Positions 25,645 to 37,524 of a stretch of DNA of 64,000 bases are shown here, piece after piece. Each line of letters starts with the position of its first letter. The first letter of the stretch is position 1. Source of the stretch: Octopus sinensis (taxonomy: Eukaryota). The position numbers were made by a program, and so were the translations under genes. The stretch lies in NCBI RefSeq assembly GCF_006345805.1, contig NC_043000.1, forward strand, positions 129,518,001 to 129,582,000, in the 5' to 3' direction. The notes under the pieces are model-generated. The model was given only the letters and a program-made list of their open reading frames with translations. It ran no database searches and had not been told where the DNA came from.

Positions 25645-25980
25645 GAGGCGCATGGCTCAGTGGTTAGAGCGTCGAGCTTACGATCGTGAGGTTGTGAGCT
25701 CGAATCCCGGACCGGGCTGCGTGTTGTGTTCTTGAGCAAGACACTTTATTTCACGTTGCTCCAGTTCACTCAGCTGTAGAAATGAGTTGCGACGTCACAG
25801 GTGCCAAGCTGTATCGGCCCCTTTGCCTTTCCCTTGGATAACACTGGTGGGGTGGAGAGGGGATGCTGGTATGCATGGGCGACTGCTGGTCTTCCATAAA
25901 CAACCTTGCCCAGACTTGTGCCTCAGAGGTTAACTTTCTAGGTGCAAGCCCATGGTCAGAGTCTGACCGAAGGGGGTCTC
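25645..25980 (+). mobile_element. Full-length SINE family D (tRNA head, CORE/Meta-like centre)
   Basis: GAGGCGCATGGCTCAGTGGTTAGAGCG...CTCGAATCCCGG...GTGTTCTTGAGCAAGACACTTTATTTCACGTTGCTCCAGTTCACTCAGCTGTAGAAATGAG; CpGs retained. Confidence 0.85.
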
Positions 25981-26167
25981 AGAAATGACGACTAGCACTA
26001 AAGAGCAGCGATGACGAGCCAATGAGAAAGCTTCTATTTGGCTTTATTTTTAGACCTGGTAAAAATAAAAACAAAAGCTCCTTCAAATTATAATCCTCCA
26101 TGTATAGGATACGTGGCCTTAGCTTCCTCGTTTTAGGTCACCGCGTAAAGTAAAGTTATCTTTTCGA

Positions 26168-26314
26168 GTCATGCCGACTCACAAAAGCCGGTTTTCTGGT
26201 TTTCATGGCATAAAAATTCCCCACCTGGGCGGGATGCCGGTCCATCATAGAATTACTCATTTTTGCCATCTGAGTGAACTGGAGAAACGTGAAATGAAGT
26301 GTTATGTCCAAGAA
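26168..26314 (-). mobile_element. SINE fragment related to family D
   Basis: Reverse complement contains CACTTCATTTCACGTTTCTCCAGTTCACTCAGATGGCAAAAATGAG. A second head-like remnant lies at about 26560-26700. Confidence 0.55.
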
Positions 26315-26386
26315 CATAATTTAGCCATAAAAACCTGAAGGTTTTGAAAAAGAGATGTATTGAATGCATCTCTCTTTATACATTTT
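26315..26386 (-). repeat. Inverted copy of 20484-20561
   Basis: CATAATTTAGCCATAAAAACCTGAAGGTTTTGAAAAAGAGATGTATTGAATGCATCTC is the reverse complement of the 20.5-kb terminus. Confidence 0.85.
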
Positions 26387-26479
26387 GCGTACGAAAAGAT
26401 AAAGGCATCCTCTCGGATTTATCATTCTTGATCTAGAAGGACATGGAGAATGTAAAAGCTCGTGAGAGAGAGGAGAGAG

Positions 26480-26531
<52 letters not shown>

Positions 26532-26855
26532 GCTACCATATTACTTGCCTGGAATTTATTCTTACCTAGATAGACCGGAGCAACGTGAAATTATTTGCCT
26601 TACTCACGGACTGAGTGCACCGAGCAGCCTCGGAATCGAACCCACAATTTTATGTATGATCTTGAATCCAACATCCTAACTATTAGGTTACGCACCCTCA
26701 TACACCCCACACTTACCCCTCCAAAAATACACATGTATATACATATGAAATTTTAAATATACAGAAAAGTCATTGAATATTTAACGTTATATTTCGGAAT
26801 GGTCATTTATTTTTTCATGCCGTGTTCATTTGGCAAAAAAAAAAAAAAAGAAATG

Positions 26856-27210
26856 ATTGCAGCGTGGAAGGTGTTTATAAGCCATTTAAGAAACACACCA
26901 AAACCGTTAGATTCACTTCAACATTTAAATTTAATTTGTCAAAATATTTTCGTCGCTTTGAGACCGCGACCTGTTCACTGAAAAATCTTCGTGCTGCATC
27001 TCTTTGTCAGCACGAAGCTTTGTCAGTGAACAGGTCGCGGCCTCAAAGCGACGAAAATATTTTGGCAAATTAAATTTAAATGTTGAAGTGAATCTAACGG
27101 TTTTGGTGTGTTTCTTAAATGGCTTATAAACACCTTCCACGCTGCAATTTTTTTCGTTCCAGCACACGATCTCAGATCAGGTCACTTGCTATGCAAGTAC
27201 ATCTCCGTAA
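26856..27210. mobile_element. Palindromic element, copy 2 (opposite orientation to 8059-8413)
   Basis: Same arms, same central junction, and the extended arm ending CACTTGCTATGCAAGTACATCTCCGTAA. Confidence 0.9.
27019..27069 (+). ncRNA. Hammerhead ribozyme-like motif with G3:C8 compensatory core
   Basis: TTTGTCA-GTGAACA-G-GTCGC-9 nt-GCGAC-GAAA-ATA-TTT-TGGCAAA. 7-bp stem I, 5-bp stem II, palindromic AAAATATTTT stem III, predicted triplet UUU. Confidence 0.6.
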
Positions 27211-27794
27211 TAATAATAAAAAAATGAACAATATTTGCTCCAACACACGATTTCACATTAGGAATCTTGCAAAACAAAGTCACAAAAGTTAAATATTTAT
27301 TAAATGAAATAATAATTATCAAAGCTTTATATTTAGAATTTCAATTTGAAATTTTTCATAATTTTAAAATAAAATATATGATTTTTCGCAGTGGATCTAG
27401 TTTGAGCTCGCGGCGTACCAGTGTGTCGAGTTCACCTTTTGGGGACCAAGGGTCTAACAAGCGCGTCTTTTTGCTTGAACCAATTCTGTCTCCTTTCTCC
27501 TCCCTGTCGATATTTGTTTTATATTCTAAGATCTAAGACGATACAGCAGTAAATACAATCAATGTACCATAAAGACTAACAGTGAACACCCTGTTTGGCA
27601 CCCCACACTCTCTCTCTTACATCTGCTACTGGCTCTTACAACCGCTGACATCTTTCACGACCTCTGACCTAAACGACATTACCCACGGCGAGACTCAAGA
27701 TAAATGATTCGTGATGTGAAGAAGGTGACCGCAGGTCGTCAATACTGCGGAAATAGATGGCGACAATAACAACAGGAACAACAGCAACACTAAC

Positions 27795-27829
<35 letters not shown>

Positions 27830-28170
27830 CATCATCATCATCATCATCATTATCAACAACACTATATTGAATATCTTACTGCAACAATATTTGTAGTATT
27901 ATGGATGATGATGGTGATGATGATGATGATGATGATAGTGATGATTATGACACTGACGATAATGCTGCCCTTAGTAGCTAGCGGGGATGACGATGATTCT
28001 GCTGCTGATGATGGTGATGATGATGATGTCGGTGATGACGATGATTGCGCTGATAATAAGGGCGGGGATAATAACGATAATAATGGTAAGGATGACGGCG
28101 TCGACGATATTAATTAGAATATCAACCAAAAGTAAATTAGCAAAACAATCACAATAGCAAAACACACAAA

Positions 28171-28246
<76 letters not shown>

Positions 28247-28759
28247 TGCAGTTCCATATCATATGCGTCAACCGCACCACTACCTCCCATTTCACCATAA
28301 CCAACACCGATATCAGTACCTTCACCACCACCACCACAACCACCACCGCCGCCGCCACCACCACCACCACCACCACCACTACCCACCACCATATCATCAC
28401 CACCACCACCATCAACATCATCATCGTCGTTGTCGTCGTCGTCAACAGCAGCAACAAGAGAATAGTTTTAGCGATATGGATGAAGTGGATGCAGTTGATA
28501 AAATAACAAATAAAAAAAAACGAAACGGTCTGACAATGAATTTCACCTATATCAGAGATACACACGGGTTCAAGTTTTACTGAAGTCAGTACGAGTCAAT
28601 AAGGTTAGTAGGTGAAGGGCGCTTCCGGATCTGCTAGAAATAGCACGCATATATCTTCCAAATCACACTATACTGCCTCAAAAACAGGACACATTACATC
28701 ACTATTTCTCGTACTGGGTGGGTTGGGTTTCTGTAAAGATTGCAAAATGAGAGGAGCAG

Positions 28760-28980
28760 AAGGCGGTGAGCTGGCAGAAACGTTAGCACGCCAGGCGAGA
28801 TGCTTAGCGGTATTTTGTCTGCCGCTACGTTCTGAGTTCAAATTTCGCCGAGGTCGACTTTGCCTTTCACCCTTTCGGGGTCGATAAATTAAGTACCAGT
28901 TACGCACTGGGGTCGATGTAATCGACTTAATCCGTTTGTTTTTCCTTGTTTGTCTCCTCTATGTTTAGCCCCCTTTGGGT
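28760..28980 (+). mobile_element. SINE family A, near full length
   Basis: Head, core and tail type 1 all present. Confidence 0.9.
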
Positions 28981-29575
28981 TCACTGTAAACAGGACTAGA
29001 ATCTTTAATAGTGTTACTATCAGAAAGCTAAACAATTTCTTTCGCGAACCATTTCCGAAACAGTGAATGTTAGTCTTCAATAAATGCCATGTATGCCAAC
29101 ATTTTCTGAGATCCTTAGAGATACATGAGAACCGGGTACGATATATTCCTCTGCTCACTCTCTTTTATAGAACCTGATTACGAATTTACTAGGATTGGCA
29201 CGCAAAAGAAACGTATATCCGTACAAAAACAGGGATGGAAAAGTGGATAAAATTGAAATGTTTATCTCACACAAAAATCTGACGTGTTATCACGCATACA
29301 AAATTGATACTTTACTAAATATTAACGTATGTTAACTGGTTTCTATAGCAACAGTCGTAGGTGTGCAGGCGTATATCATCACATTAGCCCCCCCCCAAAC
29401 AAAAAACAAAGGAGATACTACGGTTTTTCTAAGATTTATTTTCCTCTTTCTCATGCTGGTTATTGGAATAATACATGCACAACTGGTGCACAGAAGAAAA
29501 TGCATAAAACACGCTGAAAACAACAGAAACTAAAACACAACACACACACACACACAACACCACACACACCACAAC

Positions 29576-29623
<48 letters not shown>

Positions 29624-29681
29624 CACCCATACTATACCGATAGACGATAGATATAGATTTATGTATGTATGTATGTGTATG

Positions 29682-29736
<55 letters not shown>

Positions 29737-29828
29737 GCAAGCACATACAGAATCGTATATTGTAAAAAGCATTGATAGATCGGTAGCCACTACACACATT
29801 TTTTCTCTCCTTGTTTCTTTGTGTGTTC

Positions 29829-29910
29829 CTTTCTGTGGAAGAGCGTAGGCTCGAAACGTAAAAAACTTTTTCAATTCCCGAGCGTTATACTAATACATCT
29901 GTTTTTTTCG
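29829..29910 (+). mobile_element. PLE-like terminal repeat fragment with hammerhead-like motif (U6)
   Basis: CTTT-CTGTGGA-A-GAGC-GTAG-GCTC-GAAAC-GTA-AAAA. Confidence 0.6.
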
Positions 29911-30311
29911 TGAATACTCCCTATTATTCACATAATATTTATAATCACACGCAAACATAAAAAGGAACATGAACAAGCAGAAGTACAAACTTGCAAACAT
30001 ATGCAAACATACATGTACATATCGGAGCACATACCCACGCAATATACTTCAAACGTCTAAGAAATGTGTGCAAGCGTGTGTGTGCACGCATGCACACACA
30101 TATGTATAAATATATATATATATATGCACACACACTAGTGCACAAAAATTATTCAGTGAAATTTCTTTCGCAGTCTGCATAAAGAGGAAGGATACATCAA
30201 ATAATGTAGTCCTAGGTACACTTTTCCTGCTAAAGCAGGAATGCTTTAGATCGTAGTGTACTGGATCAAGTTTGACCTTGGGTCAACCAATAACAGCAAA
30301 TGAGAAATATT

Positions 30312-30748
30312 GGAGTCAAATTTTGGCACAAGGCTAGCAATTTTGGGCGAGGGATAAGACGATTGTATCGACCCCAGTGCTCAGCTGGTACTTATATTAT
30401 CAAACTTGAAAGGGAAAGTCAACCTCGGAAGAATTAGCACGGTGGAGTTTGAACTCAGAACGTTAAGACGGCTGAAATGTCTCTAAGCATTTTATCTGGC
30501 GTGCTAACAATTCTTATTTCTTTATTGCCCACAAGGGGCTAAACATAAAGGGGACAAACAAGGACAGACAAAGGGATTAAGTCGATTGCAGTGACACCAG
30601 TGCATAACTGGTACTTTATTTATCGACCCAGAAAGGATAAAAGGATGAAAGACCTCGATGGAATTTGAACTCAGAGCGTAAAGACGGACGAAATGCCGAT
30701 AAGCATTTCGCCCGGCGTACTAACGGTTCTGCCAGCTCGTCGCCTTGG
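30312..30748 (-). mobile_element. SINE family A dimer (tail 1 unit plus tail 2 unit)
   Basis: TSD AAATGAGAAATATT (30298-30311) and AAATGAGAACTATT (30749-30762), 13/14 identical. Junction AAAGAAATAA|GAATTGTTAGCACG. Confidence 0.85.
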
Positions 30749-30794
30749 AAATGAGAACTATTCCTTTCTACGATATGCGCAAGGAGGAAATCTG

Positions 30795-31130
30795 GTGGTG
30801 AAAAGCAAGGTCCACTTCGGCGGAATTTGAACTCAGAACGTAAAGATAAACGAAATGCCGCTAAGCATTTGTTCGGGGTGGTAACGATTCTGCCAGCACA
30901 CCGCATTGAAAATGAAAAATATTGATCGCTGGCGAATTGGCACAGTCGTTAGAACGTTGTTCTGGCGATCTGGGCTGAAGCTCTCCGAGGTCAAATTTGT
31001 TCTTCATCGTTTCGGTATCAATAAAAAAAGGACCAATCCAAGGTTGTGGATTGACGGAACGTATAAGTTCGTCGAACCGGGTGCCTTGCAGTTTTATTCT
31101 AATTGTTTTGCGTTCTGAGTTCCAATCGTA
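30795..31130. mobile_element. Additional SINE family A head fragments on both strands
   Basis: CGGCGGAATTTGAACTCAGAACG...CTGCCAGC (minus) and degenerate plus-strand pieces. Confidence 0.6.
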
Positions 31131-31331
31131 CCATGACTTGCTTAGGCAGTAAATTTAACCTGTTGCACTGTTTAATATCACCTTCGGTACCTATAGCGGA
31201 ATCCCCTTTGTTGATAGCTTCCAGACCAGGTTTCCGATTTGAAGATAACTTCCCTCCTCCTTTCCATCAGTTTCAGAGACTCTACAACGGGTCATGGACA
31301 ATACCTTCCTTCATGACTAAAAGATGAAAAA

Positions 31332-31367
<36 letters not shown>

Positions 31368-31368
<1 letters not shown>

Positions 31369-31678
31369 GCGAGAAAGAAGCAACAAGAATGGATAGGTTT
31401 TTAGTACGATCGTTTCATACAGGACAGGTTTTATTAAAAGTTGCAAAGATTACAGCATATAAACGAGTCCCGTACTCATCAGCTAAAATACATGTGAGTT
31501 CTCTAGACATCCTAGTGTTTGAGGCTATACTCATGAAGTAATGTAGATAATTAATTAACATAAACAGATTTCTAAAGTTCATTAAAGTTCTTTAAAGATG
31601 ATGTACAGTCTTATCACAGAATTTTAAAAAAGTTTTGATAGCATCACAGAGAAGGTGACCTAATCCATATGAATTTCC
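31368..31678 (-). mobile_element. Solo PLE-like terminal repeat between two (TA)n tracts
   Basis: Flanked by TA arrays on both sides; contains an apparently intact hammerhead. Confidence 0.6.
31399..31488 (-). ncRNA. Apparently intact type I hammerhead ribozyme
   Basis: Minus strand TTTTAG-CTGATGA-GTACGGGA-43 nt-TCCTGTAT-GAAAC-GATC-GTA-CTAAAA. 6-bp stem I, 8-bp stem II (two G:U), palindromic ACGATCGT stem III, GUA triplet. Confidence 0.8.
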
Positions 31679-31699
31679 ATATATATATATATCTGTGTG

Positions 31700-31870
31700 T
31701 GTGTGTGTGTCTCCCATCACAGTTTGACAAGCGGTGCTGGCGTGTTTACGCCCCCATAACCTAGCGGTTCGGCATAATGAACCGATTGAATAAATACCGC
31801 CTTTAAAAATATACTGGGGTCAATTCATTCGACTAAAAATCCTTCAAAGCGGTGCCCCAGCATGGCCGGA
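31700..31870 (+). mobile_element. SINE family B 3' half
   Basis: TTGACAAGCGGTGCTGGCGTGTTTACG...GCGGTGCCCCAGCATGGCC. Confidence 0.8.
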
Positions 31871-32463
31871 AAATAATTACTGTAAATGTTATTCGAAAGG
31901 CCGTGCTTATTATGTACTGTGTTACGGCTGATACTGCTTGGGGTTTGCGTTAAGGGCACACATCTCTGCAGAATGCACTAACATTTGCGATATAATAAGT
32001 AGGCGGTTCGTTTGATCAAACGAAACATCGTCGAAACCGACAGAGATCCAATTACTTTACTGTAAATACAAATGTTCTCGCCATATGTTGGCACTGAATC
32101 AATGGTTATATGAATGAAATGTATTGGCATAAATTGTTAAGAAAACTAATTCCCAATGCTTTGAGAGAGGAAAGTAATAGATTCCTAAACTTATATAACT
32201 ATTTCCCTGGAGCCAACTAGGCGGCCCTTTTATTGTCACTAAGTTTGCAAGAAACAGCTGCTAATTTCCTTCGAATCGCAACAAACCATCTTTGAAACAG
32301 AAGAGCACTTAATAGAATATATAGTTTTAAGTGAATTATATTTGCAATAAGACAAGATGGTTATGGTTTGAACCTTTGATTATAGGGCTACTTGATTTGG
32401 AATTATCTGAGTCGAAGCAATTACCACAATATTTCCTACACTAAAGTATAGTATAATATAGAT

Positions 32464-32512
32464 CAGTGGTTCCCAACCTGGGGTCCGCGAACCCCTGGTG
32501 GTCCGCGAACTA
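32464..32512 (+). mobile_element. Solo hAT (Charlie-like) terminus
   Basis: CAGTGGTTCCCAACCTGGGGTCCGCG is a typical Charlie-group end; the partner TIR was not found. Confidence 0.55.
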
Positions 32513-32660
32513 AATTCAAAATTTCATATATATTGCTAATTTCTATTTCAAGATCTTTATACTTGCTCAGTTTTTGGTAGGTTTTGACAGATACGTTTAT
32601 ATCGATTGGGACAGTCATATCATAATATTGTTATTATTATTGTTGTTATTATTATTATTA

Positions 32661-32691
<31 letters not shown>

Positions 32692-32723
32692 ATTATTATT
32701 ATTATTATTATCATCATTATTAT

Positions 32724-33170
32724 TAAGACGGCGAGCTGACAGAATCGTTAGCACGCCGGACGAAATGTTTAGTAGCATTTTGTCCGTCTTTACGTTCTGA
32801 GTTTAAATTCCATCGAAGTCGACTTTAACTTTCATCCTATCGGAGTCGATAAAATAAGTACCAGTTGAGTACTTGGGTCGATGTAATCCACTAGTCTCTT
32901 TCCCACAAATTTCAGGCCCTGTGCCTATAGTAGAAATGATAATCATTATTATTAAGGCAGCGAGTTAGCAGAATCCTTTACACGTGGGGTAAAATGCTTA
33001 ATATAATTTCTTCCAATTCTTTACGTTCTGAATTCAAATCCTGCCGAGGACGATTCTGCTTTTCTTTCTTTCGAGGTCGATCAAGTACCAGTTAGATACT
33101 GGGGTCGATCTAATTGACTAACCGATCCCTGAAAATTATCCATCCTGTGCAAAAATTTGAAGCCATTATT
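32724..33170 (+). mobile_element. Two adjacent SINE family A copies (tail type 2) in (ATT)n
   Basis: Units at about 32724-32940 and 32954-33170, each with head and core. Confidence 0.8.
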
Positions 33171-33755
33171 ATATTCATGACCATTTATGGACGTGTCGTA
33201 ACAATTACGTTAGCATAACACTTTTTTATGCTAGAGTAACGTAGCCAAATCCGACAGAAGAATCGCCCCTTGAATTTGACTCCTACTTTATCAACATCAG
33301 CGAAATAAAATTGGACAAAATTAACCTCAGTACCATTTGAAACTGTAGAACAGTGTCCAGAAGAAACACTACAGGGAATTCTGTCTAACGATAAATAACA
33401 GCTTTGCAAATTCATAACTCAATTCCAGAACGCCATGATTAGGTATAATACAGTTAGCTGTTATCGTTGATGGAATGATAAAAACAGCCCCACTAAGTCT
33501 ACAAAACGCATACCACTTATAGAAAAAGGCTATACCTATATATTGTTCGATAAGTTACGATATAAAAAAAATAAATAGATAAATAAAATGCCAGAATATA
33601 AAACATTCCTCTTCTTATTTTAACACAATTATAACGTCTGCAAATATATAAATGCACATATATCATAACTGAAATTGCAATCCTACTTAGAAACATATAT
33701 TAATTTTGTAGAGATGTATTCAAAATACATATAAATGTACAAATATATACAAAAG

Positions 33756-33841
<86 letters not shown>

Positions 33842-33921
33842 GCTAGATAGATAGATAAATAGATATAGCTTATAGAGTGTTCTATCATACCTTAAACGAA
33901 TTCAGCAAACAGAATATATAT

Positions 33922-33986
<65 letters not shown>

Positions 33987-34474
33987 TCCATTTGCTGAAT
34001 ATGTATGCATTTACATACAACACATATACACGCATGCACATACACATATAAGATACATACATAGACAGACACAGATAGATAGACTGACAGACAGGCAGAC
34101 AGACAGATAGACAGATAGATGAATAGACAGATATGTACATGTTACGTAGGGCAAATAGAATGTAATATACTGAAACTCTTAAAAAGCAGGAACAAAAATC
34201 TAAAGAGATAAATAATATCCAGAATGACAAAGTATTGCCTCAAGATGGTAGATCAAAATTGTATTGGACGAAACATATTTTCTATGAAAAGATAAGTAAC
34301 AAGAGAAAAGAATTGAATAAGATATAGTATTAAACATAAAAAAAACAAAAACAAAAGACAAAAATATTTGGATGAAGAAAAATTAAATAAACAAGATTAA
34401 ATATACATTAGTAAATGCACACACATATCTATAAATGTATATATACAGGTATACATTCATACGTGTGAGTGTAT

Positions 34475-34529
<55 letters not shown>

Positions 34530-35228
34530 TAAATGCACACACACACACACGTATATATATGTATATATATATGCATATGCTCATGTGTATACGCTGATAA
34601 AATAGAATTTTTTTGTGTATTCAAATATTTTTGTAATCACGTTATCCTCTAGTATATACACGAAGTGAGTGTATATATATATAGACCGCATAAATGGTTT
34701 ATATATTTACAAATACACACACACGTATATATATATATAGGTGTATACCTTATATATACATATAATACGCACATACACACACGTGTATATGTGTGTGTGC
34801 GTATGTGTGTGTGATGTTGATCACGAATGCATGTGGATATTTCATGACACTCATAGATGTATAAATTATACAGTTTACCAGACATACACACACACACACA
34901 CACAAATGCGAATTATTGCATAAGCAACATAGAATAGCATTGCATGAAAATATAATGCGTCTATCTATCTAAATCAGATTTGAAAGCAAAAATTGTGCTT
35001 AATTTTTTTTTAACGGAAACCAAACCACTAATCTTTCGCTGCTAGAAACTGCCATAGCTGTTGTACAAAACATCGCTAGCTCTAGCATCGAATCAAGCTT
35101 TAGATTTACCACTGCCGAAATGAAATGATATTTTATTTGGTGATCCTTCACAAGAATTATTTAGAATTTGCTCAGTAGCTTAGCGCACGCTTAATTGATT
35201 AAAGGACTGCTAATATTCAAATATACCA

Positions 35229-35597
35229 AGGCGGCAAGTTAGCAGAATCATTACCACACCAGACAAAAATCTTAGTGGCATTTCTTCCGACTTTACGTTC
35301 TGAGTTCAAGTTCAAGTTGCCTTTCATCCGTTCTGGGTCGATAAATTAAGTACCAGTTACGCGTTGGGGTCGATGTAATCGACTTAATCCATCTGTCTGT
35401 TCTTGTTTGTCTCCTCTGTGTTTAGCCCCTTGTGGGTAGTAAAGAAATAGGTATTTCTTCCAACTTTACATTCTGAGTTCAAGTTCCGTCCAGGTCGACT
35501 TTGCCTTTCATCCTTTCTGAGTCGATAAAATATGTACCAGTTTTTCCATCTCCCCCGCAATTATTGGTCTTGTGCTAAAATTTCAAGCCAATGTTTT
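35229..35597 (+). mobile_element. SINE family A dimer
   Basis: Junction AAAGAAATA|GGTATTTCTTCC. Flanking AATATACCA at 35220-35228 and 35598-35606. Confidence 0.8.
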
Positions 35598-35682
35598 AAT
35601 ATACCATCTTACTGTCTTCCTTTGATGCATAGAGAAAAAAAAATATATATACGATAACTAAGACAATATGAAATAAATTCTA

Positions 35683-35840
35683 AGGCGGCGAGGTGGCAGA
35701 AACGTCAGCACGCCGGGCGAGTTCAAATTCCATCATTTCGGGGTCGCTAAATTAAGTACTAGTTGCGTATTGGGGTAGATCTAATCGACTGGTCCCCTCC
35801 CCACAAAAATTCAGGCCTTGTGCCTAGAGTAGAAAAGAAT
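35683..35840 (+). mobile_element. SINE family A, internally deleted, tail type 2
   Basis: Head AGGCGGCGAGGTGGCAGAAACG joined to the core and the CAGGCCTTGTGCCTAGAGTAGAAAAGAAT tail. Confidence 0.75.
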
Positions 35841-36771
35841 ATATAAATAAATTCTAGTCAGTAGCTATTATTTAAAAAAGTATTTGACACCCCCAAAATG
35901 CTGAAAGGCAAGGCTGACTTCGTCGAGATTTGAAAGCAGACAGTTAAGAATCGGAAGAAATATCAGAAAACATTTATTCTAACGATCTGACAATTCTGCC
36001 ATTTCACTACTCTTAATTTCTATTTACATAAGCACAAGGTCAGAAATTTGAAGTGAAGGGTATAATCGATTTAATCGATCTTGCTATTTCTACATAATTT
36101 ATTTTATCAACTCTGAAAGGATGAAAGTTAAAGTCTACCCAGGCTGGGCATTTTTGTCCGTCATTATACAAACTTTGCCATCGATCGAAGGAATAACAGT
36201 AATATCAATAATAATTGTAATCGTGGTCATAAACATTCACCCCTGTTCTGTTTTACTCCCCTCCAGGCTTTCTTTCTTCGATGAATCCGATGTCTTTGAC
36301 ATTTTCTGGTTATTTTTGTTTTTAATTACAGACGTCAGATATTGAATTTATTGGTTTCAGTTTGGTTACGAAACCGCCATTTTGTTTTTGTTAGTTTTAG
36401 TTTCCGTTTTAGCTTCCATTTTTTTTCGATTTTCTTGTTTTAATGATTATCTTGTGTCATTTCTAAGACTATAATTCTAATAAGACGAAAGAAATACAAA
36501 TACGAGCGAAATGTTCAAAGTATGATCTTTGGTGCCATATTTAAATGAAAGAAGAAATATATTGATAGTAAAATTAAAATTAAAAATAAGCAAAAATGCA
36601 AAAAAAAAAAAAAATGAAGAAAAAACTGGCAATGGGTATGGGTGAGTTTACTTAAATAGTAATTTCTAACATTAAATAATAATAAAGTAACAAAAAGTTT
36701 GTGAAAGGGTGTATAAAAAAAAGGGATAGGAGAAAAAGAGCGAAACTTAGAAAGAGAAATAGAGAGAGGGA

Positions 36772-36810
<39 letters not shown>

Positions 36811-37524
36811 AGATAGAAAGAAAGAGAAAGAAAGAGAGAGAGGGGGAGAGAGGGAGAGAGAGATGAGATGGAGAAGGGGGATGCAAGGAGATAAATATAG
36901 AACGATAGAGGGTGATTGGAAGAGTAAATATGAAGATGAAAGAGAACAAAAAGGAAAAGGCTAGGAAATTGAGAATATTGAAAAGAGTTTGTAGTAGCAG
37001 TATTAGAACTCGTCGTCTTAGATTTTGTTGTTGTTTAACCACACCAACACCACCATAACCACCACCACCATAACCACCACCACCACCACCACTACAAATT
37101 TAGCCCTGATTAAAAAAAAATCTATGATTAAAGCATTTACAGGTCTTTGTTCAAACATAGCCTGTCTAGGGATACATATTAAAATATGCTTTACCTCCAT
37201 TGTTTTTTAAAGATAGCCGGCTGTGATTTGAAAGAGATTTTGCCTGTTATCTCAAGCGGGTAGAATGTCCACTTATAGAGTCCTCGTCGAGTAGTGAGTT
37301 TGGTTTTAATAATTGCAGTGATGTTGTCAGTGATGTGAATTAATTGCGTTTGACTCTGAGTACTTCATGTTCTTTTAAGGCAGGGAGTTAGCGGAATCGC
37401 TAGCATGCCGGACAAAATGCTTAGTAGCATTTTGTCCATCTTTATGCTCTCGTTGTAAGGTGTTACAAGTTTGTCGTTGTGGAGTCGGGTTTCTGTAGGG
37501 AATTTAAATAGAGTTGGAATAATA

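Noticed and set aside
25645-25720. tRNA gene (also the heads at 5250-5320, 13270-13344 and 37985-38053)
   Set aside because: The A/B boxes run straight into SINE bodies, with no complete cloverleaf.
27683-27744. Minus-strand 62-nt exon-like segment (IDDLRSPSSHHESFILSLAVG) in a CpG-richer patch
   Set aside because: Splice sites are only moderate, there is no recognisable homology, and no compatible partner exon.
28114-28583. His/Gln-rich and Gly/Val-rich ORFs
   Set aside because: Produced by (CAC)/(CAT)/(GTC) repeats; no domain.
33185-33415. 76-aa Cys-containing ORF
   Set aside because: No splice signals, no CCG or PxSCC motif, and no family match.
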